A DNA stretch of 64,000 nt from Paramoeba atlantica (taxonomy: Eukaryota > Protista > Discosea), in the NCBI GenBank assembly GCA_977017575.1, contig CDRNVI010000156.1, positions 124,001-188,000 on the forward strand, given 5' to 3'. The notes under the pieces are model-generated. The model made no database searches and was not told the origin of the DNA. It was given only the letters and a program-made list of their open reading frames with translations. Shown one piece after another: positions 51,501 to 62,263 of the stretch. Every line of letters starts with the position of its first letter. Positions within the stretch are counted from its first letter, which is position 1. The position numbers were made by a program, and so were the translations under genes.

Positions 51501-52306
51501 TTCTCTTTTGAAAAAAAAAAGAGGGGGTAGAAATCAAACAGAATTGATGTTTTTCTCCTCCCTCCGCAGAGACAAATGTCAAAAGAAAGATATCAGGAGA
51601 ATCAGAGTTCAGAAAAGCTAAGTCTACCGCCGCCTTCGGTTTGGAAGCAATTTCAGTTCATCAATAAAATGTAAAGAACAATGAGAGAAAGATCAAAGAG
51701 ATGAGAACCTGGTTTCCAGGCCGAATGGTTGAAAATGATGCACCATAAGCGACTCCCCGAGTACAAACATCATTAAACCCATTTCCAACTGCCGTTGCCA
51801 AAATTGCTGTTGCTGTTGCTTCTGGAGAGGCGGCATTGACCTTTTATTTTTGAATTTTATTTCTTGAAGAGTCTGAGTTTAGAATTGATGAAAGAAAGAG
51901 GAAAATACCTCTGGGTTTTGGCGCCCAACCAAGTCTTTGTGAGTATTAAAGGGAGCTTGGAAGCTGTGCCCAATTCGAATGCCGGAGCCATTCAAGTGAA
52001 AAGCTTGCCAAACTTGCTCCACATTGATATGACCTTGAAAAACAGAAATGTTGGATCTCCATCCTCTCAAAAAAATAGAAGAAAATAAAAACCAAGCCGG
52101 CTATCAGGGGTGGAGTGAAGATGCCATGAATCTGCATAAAGAGGATCGCTCTGCGCTCTTGCTTGACTTCTTCGAAATTCTCCAAAATCACTTGAACTCT
52201 CTTGAGTTCCACTTTGGATATCCTCCCAAACGAACTCAACAGAGGAGGGCGAAGAAAGAGAAGGAGTGAGAAGAAGAACAAAAAGAAAACAAAAGAATGT
52301 GTCCAT
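48590..52306 (-). CDS. Kexin/furin-like pseudoprotease K10 (3 CCVY modules)
   Basis: MDTFFCFLF...VEFVW leader; [10 protein letters not shown]; [11 protein letters not shown] (D>F); [18 protein letters not shown] (H>T); [11 protein letters not shown] (S>Q). PA-like insert present. Confidence 0.87.
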
Positions 52307-52499
52307 GATTCTTCTTCACCAAATTTTGCACCTCCCCGTCTCACGCGCCAAAAAGAAAAGGAAAAAAGACTTTCGATCGAACTAGCGTTTTTATATTAAT
52401 TTTATTATTTATTTTAAATTGAATAAAATATCAAAAAATCCACTACTACTCCACAGCTGTTTTTTTTTTTCTTGTCTGTTTTTTTTCGATCGATTTGGG

Positions 52500-53512
52500 A
52501 TGGGCGTTTTGCACTCTTTTGAACACATTGTTCAGGCTGCATCAACGTTCCCCTTCTTTGTCTGTCTCTCCTTATTTACCCTCTATTTTATCTATTTCTA
52601 TTTTCTCCCTTTTTTGGTTTCTTTCTGGAAAGATTCACCAGAGGAGGAGAAGAATTTCAAATTAGAAGGTGGGTTTCATGCTGTAATCCATCTCGTCCCT
52701 TTCTCTTGGCGAAAAAGAATCCTCAGATTCATTGCTCCACCCACTCTTCTCTTTACTCGATTTTTATATCACATTGGTCTTTATAATGTTGATGGGTGGT
52801 GGACTTTGGTTTGTTTTTTTCCCTTTATTTTTTCATTATTGTTGTTTTCATGTTTCTAAAGATTTTTCTTTTTTTTTTTTCAAAGATTGAACCAAATCTC
52901 TTTCTGGGTTCTATCCCTCTCCCTTCTGATATCAAAAAATTAAAAGAAGATAGGATTATTGCAATTGTGAATCTTTGCGAAGAAATGTTAGGTTCCATTT
53001 TGATTCTTAACTCTCCCATCCACACCTCCCTGCTTTTAACAACAACTTTTAAATAGGACCAACCAATCTTTATGACGAGAACAAAATCGCTTACTTGCAC
53101 CTTCCAACCCTTGATGTGAGTCCCCCAACTCTCCCCCATATTTTAAAGGTTTCTTGGGATTGGGAAAACAAAGAGTTTTCAGAATTTTTACTGAATTATT
53201 TATTTTAGGGGATAGCTTTTATTGACCAACATATCAAAGATGGCGGGGTTTTGATTCATTGTCGAGCAGGAAAAGGTAGCTTTTTTGATGATGAAGTTTC
53301 CATTTGGTCAAATGTTTAACAACAAAATATTCTCAGGGAGGAGCACAACCTTGCTTCTTTGTTATCTCCTTTCACAAGACGAATCTCTCTCAAGAGCAAA
53401 GGCGCAAAAGCTTATTGAGGAGAAAAGACGTTGTGTGAGCAAAAATGTTTGGGATCGACCCATTGTCAAATTATATGAACAGCGCCAAAGATTGAGAGGA
53501 CTTGATGATTAA
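52500..53512 (+). CDS. PTPMT1-like dual-specificity / phosphatidylglycerophosphate phosphatase
   Basis: WWTL|IEPNLFLGSIP...IIAIVNLCEE...YLHLPTLD...VLIHCRAGKGRSTT contains the CX5R motif, close to PTPMT1 HCKAGRSRS; preceded by an ...FIAPPTLLF... segment. Confidence 0.75.
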
Positions 53513-53545
53513 TAAGCCCTTTTTATTATTTGATTCTCTTTTGGA

Positions 53546-56500
53546 TTATGAATCCGCAGAAGGTGCAGACGTGAGTGTGGTCATTATGTCATCCAATGCC
53601 ACACCAATTGATTCAGCCAGTTCCGGTGCATCCCCCCTTGTAAAAAGAGAGATTGTGGATTGAATATTTTTCTGCCAAAAAGAAAAGGAAAAAAAACTCA
53701 ATGAAGAGAGAAATAAAACACAAACCTGTAAGTAGAAACATTAAATCCCATTTGTTGGTCCCTCACTCCATAGCCAATTCCATATCCGTCAGGAACAACA
53801 GGACCAAATCCTCCTCCTTCAATTGCTGCGCTTGCCAATGTAGAAGTTGACAGGATTACGTGATTAATTTTTTGCCAAGCTGCATCTTGAAAGATAGAAG
53901 GGAGAGAAGAGGGATCAACTCCTTGTGGCAGATGATCTCCTCCCCCAAGTTTCATCGCTTCTTCCAACTCATCACCAGAGAGTCCTTTCTCTTGAAGGGT
54001 CGAACGAAGACTGAGGTTTTTCGAGATGTTAGCGAGAGCAAAAAGATGACGATCAACCCCTTTCCCAGTTTTAGCTTCAGTACTGATTTGATTATGAATT
54101 GTTGCTGCCTCCCTAAAACAAGAGAAGGAGTGTGTCAAAAAAAGTAAAAAATCAAGAATCTTTTTATCGAAAGAGTTCAACCTCAGGAGATCAGCTCGTT
54201 GAGAAGCATCAACTGAAGGATCGCACATTGACTCAACAAATTTTGTTGCTTCAGTTGTTGCTGATCGAATTGTCTCTGTCCTTCCCCCCTATGTGATTTG
54301 TTTTTTTAAAATTTGAATTTTCAATTTAGCAATTCTTTCCCCACCCCCAAAAAAAATAGTCTTTCCAACAAACCTTGAATCCTGCAGTACTCGCTGATTC
54401 GTATGTTGCAACAATTTTATTATGTAAACGATAATGCCCAAGCTGAACATTGTTGTGGTGAGGATAAAAAGAATTGATAAAATTGAAGAAGAATAAACTT
54501 GAATAGCGAGTTGTGCGATCGCATCAGGGCTAATTCGGAATTTTTTGAGTTGATTCTTTCCATATTTTTCATACACAATTGTCTTGAATTGGAATTGAGA
54601 AAAAAATTATCAGAAAACTTCCAAGAAAACTTTGGAGAAAAATGATGAAAAAAACCTTCAATTGGAGAGAATCGGCAACTTTCCGAAATGTATCTTCACT
54701 CTTCTGTAATGATTGAGAAATTTTGTCATCTAAATCCCATTCAAGCTTCACAGGCGAGTCAATTGAACCACCACTTCTTGCTGAAGGAACATTTTTTTGA
54801 TCTGCAAAGATTTCTTCCGCATACCGAACAACACAAACACCATCACCCCAAGAATGTTCAAAATGAACAGCAACATCTCCTCCTTTCGCGCCAAGAAGTG
54901 AAAATGATTTGTCAAACCAACGATTTCTGCCATGGTTATGAAGGAATTGATGCCCTCTCTCTTCATGGGTTTGTGGTTCTTGATTATCCAACGAAACCGC
55001 AAATAAGGCTGAGTCAATCGCATCTGTTGGATAATTTTAGAAAGAGTTTCCCGAAGGATCGAGCAAAGAAGGATTCTTATGAAGTCTACCAAGATTTTCG
55101 CGGTTCTTTGGATTTGATTCCAAATAAGCTCGAATGTCGGCCCAATGGTTTCTCTCTTCTGAAGTAAAAATTCCAATTGGAACTCCAGTCCCACATTCTA
55201 AAGGGTAAATATTCATTTTTTTCCAATTTTTCTCTTTTTGTGTATTGAAAAGAAGAACAAACTATCGTTTGAAATCGTGTCCAAAGCTTCTCTAATTGCT
55301 TCTGGTGTTGCAATTGTCCCATCTTGATTGAGTACATTAACCAAGTAAACATTGTCGTTATGCATCACCACGATATGTCTGACATTTTTTTTTTACTCGA
55401 AAAATCAGTCGAAAACATCAAAAGTCAAAAAATATTCTTAAAAAAATGAACCTTGAATGTTTGTTTTGTCTGTATTCATCACGATATTTATGTGGGATCC
55501 GAGCTCCCCCAAACATTCTCTAAAAATTGTCTTTGATTTAATAAAAAGAGTTGAGATTTTGAATCAAAAGAAATGAACTTGATGTTGGCTCATATCGAGT
55601 GGATAACCATTGAAGAGATAAGGGAGTGCATAAGCAAAAGATCGAGGAGCAAATGAAGCGAGCATTTTAAACCAACTCTTGTCTGCAAAAAACAGCAGGG
55701 ATGAAAAAAATCCAAGAAAAAATCGAAATTGACAAAAGGGAAAACTCAACCAGTCACAGTCCCCAAATGAAAGACATCAGGTTCAAGAGATTGATTATTC
55801 AGAGCTTCACGATACTTCAACAATTTTAATATCAATCATGTAAAGAGAAAAAAAAGAGAAAAAGGGGGGGGGAAAGAAAGAACCCTCAAGGAGGACCAGA
55901 TCAATGTGGAAAGTCGAGCGTTGATGTCTAAAATTAATCAAAATTCAATAAGGAGGAGTTTTTCTCATTCTCAAAAAAAAATTCAATGAAACCTTTTTCT
56001 TCTGTAGATGTGAGTTGGATAAAAGGGTTGACATTCAAGGGAAGGGGAGCGCGAAGACAAAAGTACATTGTGTCCCAAAATTCATTAATAAACGAAGTGT
56101 GTTTATTTGCCTACCATTTTTTCATTGTTTTTGGTTTTAGTGATTATCCAAAAAAAAAAGAAGACCAAAAAAAAAGAACCTGGTCATGTTCTAACAAAAG
56201 ATCTTGTAGCTTAGGGCCGTCATGCTTTTGGAAGTCCCCAACACACTCGACCGTTTGTCTGTTTGTCGAAGATCAGGTTTTTATCAGACCTTATTTAAAA
56301 ACTCTCTTCTTTCTTCATTTGTTTTCTTTTTTACCGGTACTCATCATCAGTAAGAATTGGACGAACAATATCTAAATATCGAACACAACTTTCTTCTAAT
56401 TTTGGGATTGGGAGTCGGGGAAGTGACTTTTGATACACGTAAGTTGAACCTGTTGGAATGATAATGAAACACACGGGGATGAATGAAGAAGAGAGATACG

Positions 56501-56632
56501 AGAAAAACCTTTTCGAACTGTCTTAATTCCTCTTTTTTGACAGGGAGATGCCAAAATTGGATTAAAAGAGGAGGAGGAGAGAGCGGCTCGAGAAAAGAGA
56601 AGAGAGGAGGGAACGGAGAAGCGGCCCAACAT
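53546..56632 (-). CDS. CPT2: Carnitine O-palmitoyltransferase 2-like (choline/carnitine acyltransferase), mitochondrial
   Basis: Arg/Ser-rich presequence MLGRFSVPSSLLFSRAAL; HNHGRNRWFDKSF; catalytic FEHSWGDGV; LSTSTL...GGGFGPVVPDGYGIGY. Confidence 0.88.
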
Positions 56633-56747
56633 CCTGACTTGAAGAAAGAAACGAAAACAATGGCAAAACTGAGGGTCAAAATTAGGTTTCTAAAAAATAC
56701 AGATAACCTGTTTTAAAAATTAAAAAAATTCTTAATTTTCACGAAAT

Positions 56748-56831
56748 GGGGCCTTGGCGCAATTGGTAGCGCGTCGGATTCCAGATAATGGAACTTCCCG
56801 AAGGTTAGGCGTTCAAGTCGCCTAGGTCCCA
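56748..56831 (+). tRNA. tRNA-Trp(CCA) with 11-nt intron, copy 1
   Basis: Cloverleaf GGGGCCT/AGGTCCC acceptor, GCGC D-stem, TTCCAG anticodon loop, intron ataatggaact, AGGCG-TTCAAGT-CGCCT T-arm; downstream poly-T. Confidence 0.92.
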
Positions 56832-57021
56832 ATTACTTTTTTTTTTTTTTGAATTTTTTGTTTTCCGTTTTGCCAAAGCTCTGTTGTCCACCCATGGTTT
56901 TTCTTCTGATTCCTTTTTTTTGTCCAATTTTTCAACAATTTTGGTTTCCTCTCATCAATTTGGTCTTCTTTTTCCTCCTTCGCAAGTGAGGTTCCAAAAT
57001 ATTCGTTTGTTTTTTAACAAT

Positions 57022-57105
57022 GGGGCCTTGGCGCAATTGGTAGCGCGTCGGATTCCAGATAACGGAACTTCCCGAAGGTTAGGCGTTCAAGTCGCCTAGG
57101 TCCCA
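57022..57105 (+). tRNA. tRNA-Trp(CCA) with intron, copy 2
   Basis: Exons identical to copy 1; intron ataacggaact. Confidence 0.92.
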
Positions 57106-57473
57106 GTTACTTTTTCTTTTTTTTTTTATTTTTGTTTTGGAGAACTTTCTCTTTCAAATCTCTCAGCCTGCCTGGATTAATTTTCCTTAATTTTTTGGAA
57201 AAACTACTTTTGATCCTTCAACCGGACAAATACTCAATTTTAAGGAAACACAAAGAGAGAACTCTTTGAAAATTGAGATTTTCTTGTGAGATTCATCTCT
57301 TCAAGGGGGAAAATGAGGATTGAAGGTTTATTAATGATAATATTTTTTGTTGGTGAGTGGTTGATTTCAACTGATGTTCAACAAAAATAGTTGTTGAACA
57401 TTTTTTTCGATTCGAAAATGCAAAATGTCAACATGTTTTAAAAAAATAAAAAAATTCTTAGTTTTCACGAAAT

Positions 57474-57557
57474 GGGGCCTTGGCGCAATTGGTAGCGCGT
57501 CGGATTCCAGATAACGGAACTTCCCGAAGGTTAGGCGTTCAAGTCGCCTAGGTCCCA
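57474..57557 (+). tRNA. tRNA-Trp(CCA) with intron, copy 3
   Basis: Exons identical; intron ataacggaact. Confidence 0.92.
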
Positions 57558-57694
57558 ATTAATTTTTCTTTTTTTTTTTTTTTTGAATTTTTTGTTTTCC
57601 GTTTTGCCAAAAGTCTGTTGTCCACCCATGGTTTTTCTTCTGATTCCTTTTTTTTGTCCAATTTTTCAACAATTTTGGTTTCCTCTCACCAATT

Positions 57695-57811
57695 GAGGCT
57701 CAAAAGTTCAAAAACAGGTCAGTTACATTAAAAACACTGATCCATACACCATTTTTTTTCGGTAAAGGGTGTTTTTATTTTGTCCTCCCTGTTTTTGAAC
57801 TTTTGCCCCTC
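57695..57811. mobile_element. 117-bp MITE with 24-bp TIRs (GAG...CTC) and a 4-bp AATT target-site duplication
   Basis: Left TIR gaggctcaaaagttcaaaaacagg versus reverse complement of right TIR gaggggcaaaagttcaaaaacagg (22/24). AATT at 57691-57694 and 57812-57815. The homologous spacers at ~56950 and ~58090 show the empty site (ctcaccaatttggtc). Confidence 0.85.
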
Positions 57812-57881
57812 AATTTGGTCTTCTTTTTCCTTTTCCTCCTTCGCAAGTGAGGATCCAAAATATTCACTTGTTTTTAACTAA

Positions 57882-57965
57882 GGGGCCTTGGCGCAATTGG
57901 TAGCGCGTCGGATTCCAGATAATGGAACATCCCGAAGGTTAGGCGTTCAAGTCGCCTAGGTCCCA
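57882..57965 (+). tRNA. tRNA-Trp(CCA) with intron, copy 4
   Basis: Exons identical; intron ataatggaaca. Confidence 0.92.
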
Positions 57966-58184
57966 ATCACTTTTCTTTTTTTTTTTTGAATTTTTTGTTT
58001 TCCGTTTTGCCAAAAGTCTGTTGGCCACCCATGGTTTTTCTTCTGATTCCTTTTTTTTGTCCAATTTTTCAACAATTTTGGTTTCCTCTCACCAATTTGG
58101 TCTTCTTTTTTCCATTTCCATTTTTCCTGCTGTTTTTTTACCTTCGCAAGTGAGGATCCAAAATATTCACTTGTTTTTAACAAT

Positions 58185-58268
58185 GGGGCCTTGGCGCAAT
58201 TGGTAGCGCGTCGGATTCCAGATAATGGAACATCCCGAAGGTTAGGCGTTCAAGTCGCCTAGGTCCCA
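58185..58268 (+). tRNA. tRNA-Trp(CCA) with intron, copy 5
   Basis: Exons identical; intron ataatggaaca. Confidence 0.92.
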
Positions 58269-58457
58269 ATCATTTTTTCCCCAATTATTTTTTCTTTTTT
58301 TTGTTTTTCGTTTTCACAAAAGCCTTTTTGGATTTCTTTTTTTTTTGTTCAATTTTTGTGCAACAATTTCAATCACCCATCCAATTCATTTTAATTTTAG
58401 CTGCTATTCCATGATCTTCGCAGGTGAGGATTCAATGATCATCATGTTTTTAAAAAA

Positions 58458-58532
58458 GGGACCTTGGCGCAATTGGAAGCGCGTCGGATGTGGAGCATCC
58501 GAAGGTTAGGCGTTCAAGTCGCCTAGGTCCCA
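58458..58532 (+). pseudogene. tRNA-Trp pseudogene (anticodon deleted)
   Basis: gggaccttggcgcaattggaagcgcgtcggatgtggagcatcccgaagg...: a 9-nt net deletion removes the CCA anticodon and 5' intron; T-arm and acceptor are intact. Confidence 0.85.
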
Positions 58533-58616
58533 ACAATTATTTTTCTTTTTTTTTTGTTACAAAAAGATCTTTCCTTCACAATCGTTTTTTAAAAAGGAAC
58601 TTTTATGGGAGAATTT

Positions 58617-60704
58617 TTAAAAAGTTGCTGCCCAAGCTTCAAGATCATAGGGAATCTTCACGACCTCCCCAGTCGGAGTGTGTTCAGGAATAAAGGGAGA
58701 ACCAAGAACTCCAATATAAATTGACCCAGTTTGTGGTTCGCGTGTGAAAAAAGTGACTTCGTGAATGGGGCTTTCTGACGATTTATCAGAATAATCATAG
58801 GAGTCGAGAGTGGGGTATTCAGAGTGGCTGATGAAGAGCCAAATATATCTGAGAGAGAAAAAAAAAAATATTAAAAAAAAAAACAAAAGAAATGAAAAGA
58901 AAAAGTGTGAAAAGAATGCTTTTTTTCAACAAACCCTGTTGTATTGAGTTCTTTCAAAGTCACTGAAAAAGCACTCGAACCCTCTGCGTTAATATAATAA
59001 TATTTCCATTCCTCTTTAGTAACTGATTCGTTTCGAACCGGAACACCAGACATAATCTCATTGACTGGTTCAGAACAATCATCTCCAACCCATCTAAAAT
59101 TACAAACACAAATTGTTGAGTTTGTTTCACAATAACCATGGCCGTCTGGATTAGGGGCACATCCACAAGTGGTCGTCTCTTGAATCTGGACAGAATTTTT
59201 TTTTGATTCAATCATCAGCAAAAAACAAATCAGAGAAATAGGGAGAATCAAAAAGAATAAAACAAACTCTCATATCATAAGTACAGGGAGCTTTTCCATA
59301 AATTCCAATATACCAAGTTTCTCCAATCGGGTTAGGAATAACAACCTGGGCAGGATTGCGAGGACTGCTCGTCGACAAATAATTAAATTCTCTCAAAGTA
59401 GGTTTACTCCCACCATTCACATAAAGGTCACATTCTCCTCGTGAAGAAGTCAAATTCAGGTCCACGACATAGCTTGTTCTTGTGTTTCCCTCAATGTGGT
59501 AGTAATTCCATGCATTGTCTCCAACATAACCTACAAAAGAGAGAGAAGAAAATGGGATGATGAAAAGATAGAAAACAAAAATTTAAAAAAATAAAAAATA
59601 ATAATAGTTTTAGTCAAACCAGTGTAAGTTACACCCAACTCAGCGTCCAAGTCATACTCTTCACACTCAACTCCGGAATAACCCGCAAGACAAATACAAC
59701 CATTTCCTAAACAAGATGAATGATGAAGACTACAGGCATTGGGACAACTTAATGGAGTTGTTACTTCAAGTCGAAGAGTGAAGTCGCAATATCCATCCAA
59801 ACATTTTTTCCCACCCAACGCACCAAAATAATATGTTTTTCCTTTTTGTGCGTTGGTTTGGTTGATGAAAGCTTTATGTGAGAAACCCCACCACTCAATT
59901 ATATAATCATTGTTCCAAAATGTAGGTGTTTCATCCTCTCGAAAAGCCAAAGTCATTGCCTTATGGTATTGACTTTCAACAATCCAGTCAACCTCTGAAT
60001 AGTCTTGGTCACTTTCGAAATAGAAGTAAGTCCATTCCCCGGCCATTGCTGATGTCTCGTAGATATTTCCATGAGCTTCTACTTTGGTCATATTATTTAG
60101 ACACTCCTTCCCCCCATATCCCTGATCACAGAGACATTGACCGTCAAAACATGACCCATGTTCCCCACAAGGGCCACAATTAGAAGCTCGAATTCTAAAA
60201 GAACATTGAGAGAAACCATAGACCCCACCATAATAAACTCCGAATGGTTGATCTTTTAGCGATAGTGTGAGTTCAGGGAGGGTTGATTGATTCCGAAAAA
60301 GATATTCGTATCTGGAAGGGTAACTATTGAAGTTGATGTAGAGATCACAATCTCCGTCGTTGTCGATTGTCAAAACCCAACTTTGATCTGATCCATAACT
60401 GTCAAGGGTAAAATATTCCCACTCAGATTGAGCAACATCTCCAGAAACAGGCACGAGTGGCGTCAATGGATAGGTATAAAGTGAACAATCATCCCCTATT
60501 TTGTGAATTTTTGTTTGTGTTGAGAAAGAAGAAACGAACACAAAAAAAAATACCTCCGTAATAGAGATCACAAAAACACTTTGTATCTCCCTCCGAATCA
60601 GTTGAACACTCGCCATGATCACTGCAACCCAAGGGGCATTCAGCCCCAACTTGGCACAATAGAGCAGCAACAAACAGAAGAACCAGAGAAACGCCCGTCT
60701 TCAT
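58617..60704 (-). CDS. Secreted protein of four (EGF-like + ~100-aa PPC-like beta-sandwich) units
   Basis: Signal MKTGVSLVLLFVAALLCQVGA; tenascin-type EGFs (CPLGCSDHGEC...CFCDLYYGGDDCS; CPNACS...CICLAGYSGVEC) alternate with W.YF/Y...GDCDLY....P...Y...G.YG...C.F domains; no TM helix; ends WAATF*. Confidence 0.8.
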
Positions 60705-60751
60705 GATGCCAAAACCACGAAAAAGAAGAAACGAAAAAGAAAAATAATTGC

Positions 60752-60759
60752 TGACGTCA
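60752..60759. promoter_or_regulatory. CRE palindrome TGACGTCA in a 137-bp divergent intergenic region
   Basis: Lies between ATG 60704(-) and ATG 60842(+). Confidence 0.45.
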
Positions 60760-60841
60760 CTACAACAATTTATCCCTTTTTTTAGAATTTATTGGTTTTT
60801 TTCCCAATTTTTTTTTTTTTTGTGTTTCACAAAAAAAAACG

Positions 60842-62140
60842 ATGGAAGAAGAAACACCACAACAAAATCAACGAGAAGAGAAGGGAGACTCATCAGAAGT
60901 CCTCCTCCACACTTTAACAGTGATGAATGTTTCCGATCATCACACAAGAGTTCGAATCTCTTCACAGAAAGAGAACGGAGTTCGTGTGATCGGCGGTTTG
61001 ATTGGGAAACAAAAAGGAAGAGAGATCGAGATTCACAGTTCTTACGAGCTTGTTTACTCAGAGGTGGATGGGCAGTTGATTGTTGATACTTCCTACCTTC
61101 TTGAGAAGTCGAATCAATGTTCATTTTTTTTTTGCTTTTCACCTAAAACTGAAAAGGTTTTTTTTTTCTGATATCAATTATTTAGTGGCAGAGGTCTTCC
61201 CATCTTTCGACCTCTTTGTTGGGTGGTACACAACCGGTCCTGGAATTCGATCCTCTGATGTTCTTATTCATCGCCAGGTTTCAATTTTTTTTTAGTTTTT
61301 CAAAAATACACACTTAAGACACCAAAGAAGGATTTTAATTAATATTGACAATAACACAGTTTTTAGAAGTAAACGAAAATCCGATTGTTATGGTTCTGGA
61401 TCCTGACCCTCAAACTGCCGTAAAAAATCAATCACTTCCTGTATATTTTTATGAGTCAGAAACACGTCTTGTTGATGGGATCCCAACAATGAAAATGACC
61501 CCCCTCTCTTATAAAATTGTGACCGAAGAAAGCGAGAGAGTCGCTGTCGATCATGTCTGCCATTCCACATTGAATCCAGCCACAGCTCAATCTTCTTGTT
61601 TGCTATTTTTTTTTCTCTCCTTTTTAAATCTCTTTTTCTTTTACTCTTCTTCCTGGGTTAATCGTTCGAGTTTTTAGTATATCTTCATTTAAGTCCAGTT
61701 GGAAAAGCTGTTCAAATGTTAGACCAGAGACTGATGGTCATTCAAGCATATTTGCTCGCTGTAAAATCAGGTTTTTGAAAAACAATCACTTCATCAAATC
61801 CGCTTCCTCACATAATCATTTTTCTATGTAGGTGATCTCCCAAAAAATAGAGAAATTCTTCGCCAAATCTCCTGTCTCTGTGGGACTCTCCCAATCACAA
61901 ATTCTCCGGATTTCAATCACCAGTTCCAAACGGTTTTCACACCCCCCTTTTTTTCAAGAAATTTCTGTTCACTTTTTTCGCTTACAAAAAATTACTGATT
62001 TTCAGGAATTCAATGACACTCTGTTAGTCGCTTATTTAGCCGCTCTGACAAAAGGAGCAGCTTATGTTGATGACCTTGCTTCGAAGTTTAACAAAGCAAA
62101 TGAGTCAAAAAGAAAGAGACCTCGAGGGATGTTTGTCTGA
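60842..62140 (+). CDS. CSN6: COP9 signalosome subunit 6 (MPN- domain)
   Basis: VLLHTLTVMNVSDHHTRVR...RVIGGLIGKQKGREIEIHSSYEL...VGWYTTG...IHRQ...NENP...LPVYFYES...TEESERVAVDHV...EFNDTLLVAYLAALTKG. Confidence 0.93.
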
Positions 62141-62263
62141 ATGAAAACAATAAATTATTTCAAATTCGAAAATAATGCATTTGGAGGTGGATTACATAAA
62201 ATTGAGATATTTCAAATCCCTCAAAAGTTGAAGTTGTTTTTTTTTTGAAACTGACCATTTTTC

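Noticed and set aside
9253-52306. Annotating K1-K10 as active furin/Kex2 proteases
   Set aside because: Catalytic Asp and His are absent in all ten and Ser in nine; there is no standard prodomain or TM anchor.
9253-52306. K1-K10 as decaying pseudogenes
   Set aside because: Exons I traced splice in frame with GT-AG boundaries, intact signal peptides and conserved Cys patterns; no clear frameshift or premature stop was found (not every exon was checked).
56748-58268. UGA=Trp or other alternative genetic code suggested by the odd tRNA-Trp stem and stop-rich ORF track
   Set aside because: TGA and TAA terminate well-defined genes, Trp is TGG in conserved motifs, and internal stops fall in introns. 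The mismatch is at 31:39, not the 27:43 unpairing known from UGA-reading tRNA-Trp.
56748-58532. Regularly spaced identical ~84-bp repeats resembling a CRISPR array
   Set aside because: The repeats fold as tRNA-Trp, the spacers are mutually homologous, no cas genes are present, and the context is eukaryotic.
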